A stretch of 19,939 bases of DNA from NCBI RefSeq assembly GCF_006345805.1, contig NW_021823910.1, positions 1 through 19,939 on the forward strand, given 5' to 3'. Both the position numbers and the translations under genes were made by a program. The notes beneath the pieces were generated by a model that worked only from the letters and a program-made list of their open reading frames with translations, searched no databases and was not told the DNA's origin. Source of the stretch: Octopus sinensis (taxonomy: Eukaryota). Positions within the stretch are counted from its first letter, which is position 1. Every line of letters starts with the position of its first letter. Shown here one piece after another: positions 19,717 to 19,939 of the stretch.

Positions 19717-19939
19717 TAAAAGGGGGGCGATAATATATTTAATAAAATATTCGAATTTAAATATAATACAAGTATTTATACATGTTAATTTTAATGTTTC
19801 AGATTTATTAATATTTCTTCTATAGTGTTTATCCTTAAATTTTATATTGAAAGTAGCACGATGTTTTTACATTCATGTTGATATGTAAGATGTCTTCTCG
19901 CTCAAATAAGAAACTTCGTCATTATCAAAACGAATATTT

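Overview
AT-rich eukaryotic DNA with no recognisable intact host gene. It is a dense, nested patchwork of mobile-element and virus-derived sequence. In order: CRE-clade retrotransposon 3' fragments; an unassigned decayed minus-strand ORF (about 0.9-1.96 kb); a disrupted rhabdovirus-like nucleoprotein (N) gene (endogenous viral element, about 3235-4978) bracketed by exact direct repeats; and an 8.7-kb Helitron (5558-14299). That Helitron contains a roughly 28-copy, ~94-bp tandem array, a Ginger-like integrase transposon with apparent 22- and 24-nt introns, and a near-full-length ingi/I-group LINE with a 15-bp TSD, a candidate HDV-like ribozyme and a 2A peptide. Further right are CRE and Tc1 fragments, a compact 1.5-kb copy of the same Helitron, and a hAT end interrupted by a LINE RT fragment. 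All protein assignments come from manual translation and recalled family motifs, not database searches. Homopolymer noise in the arrays suggests some frameshifts may be assembly errors.
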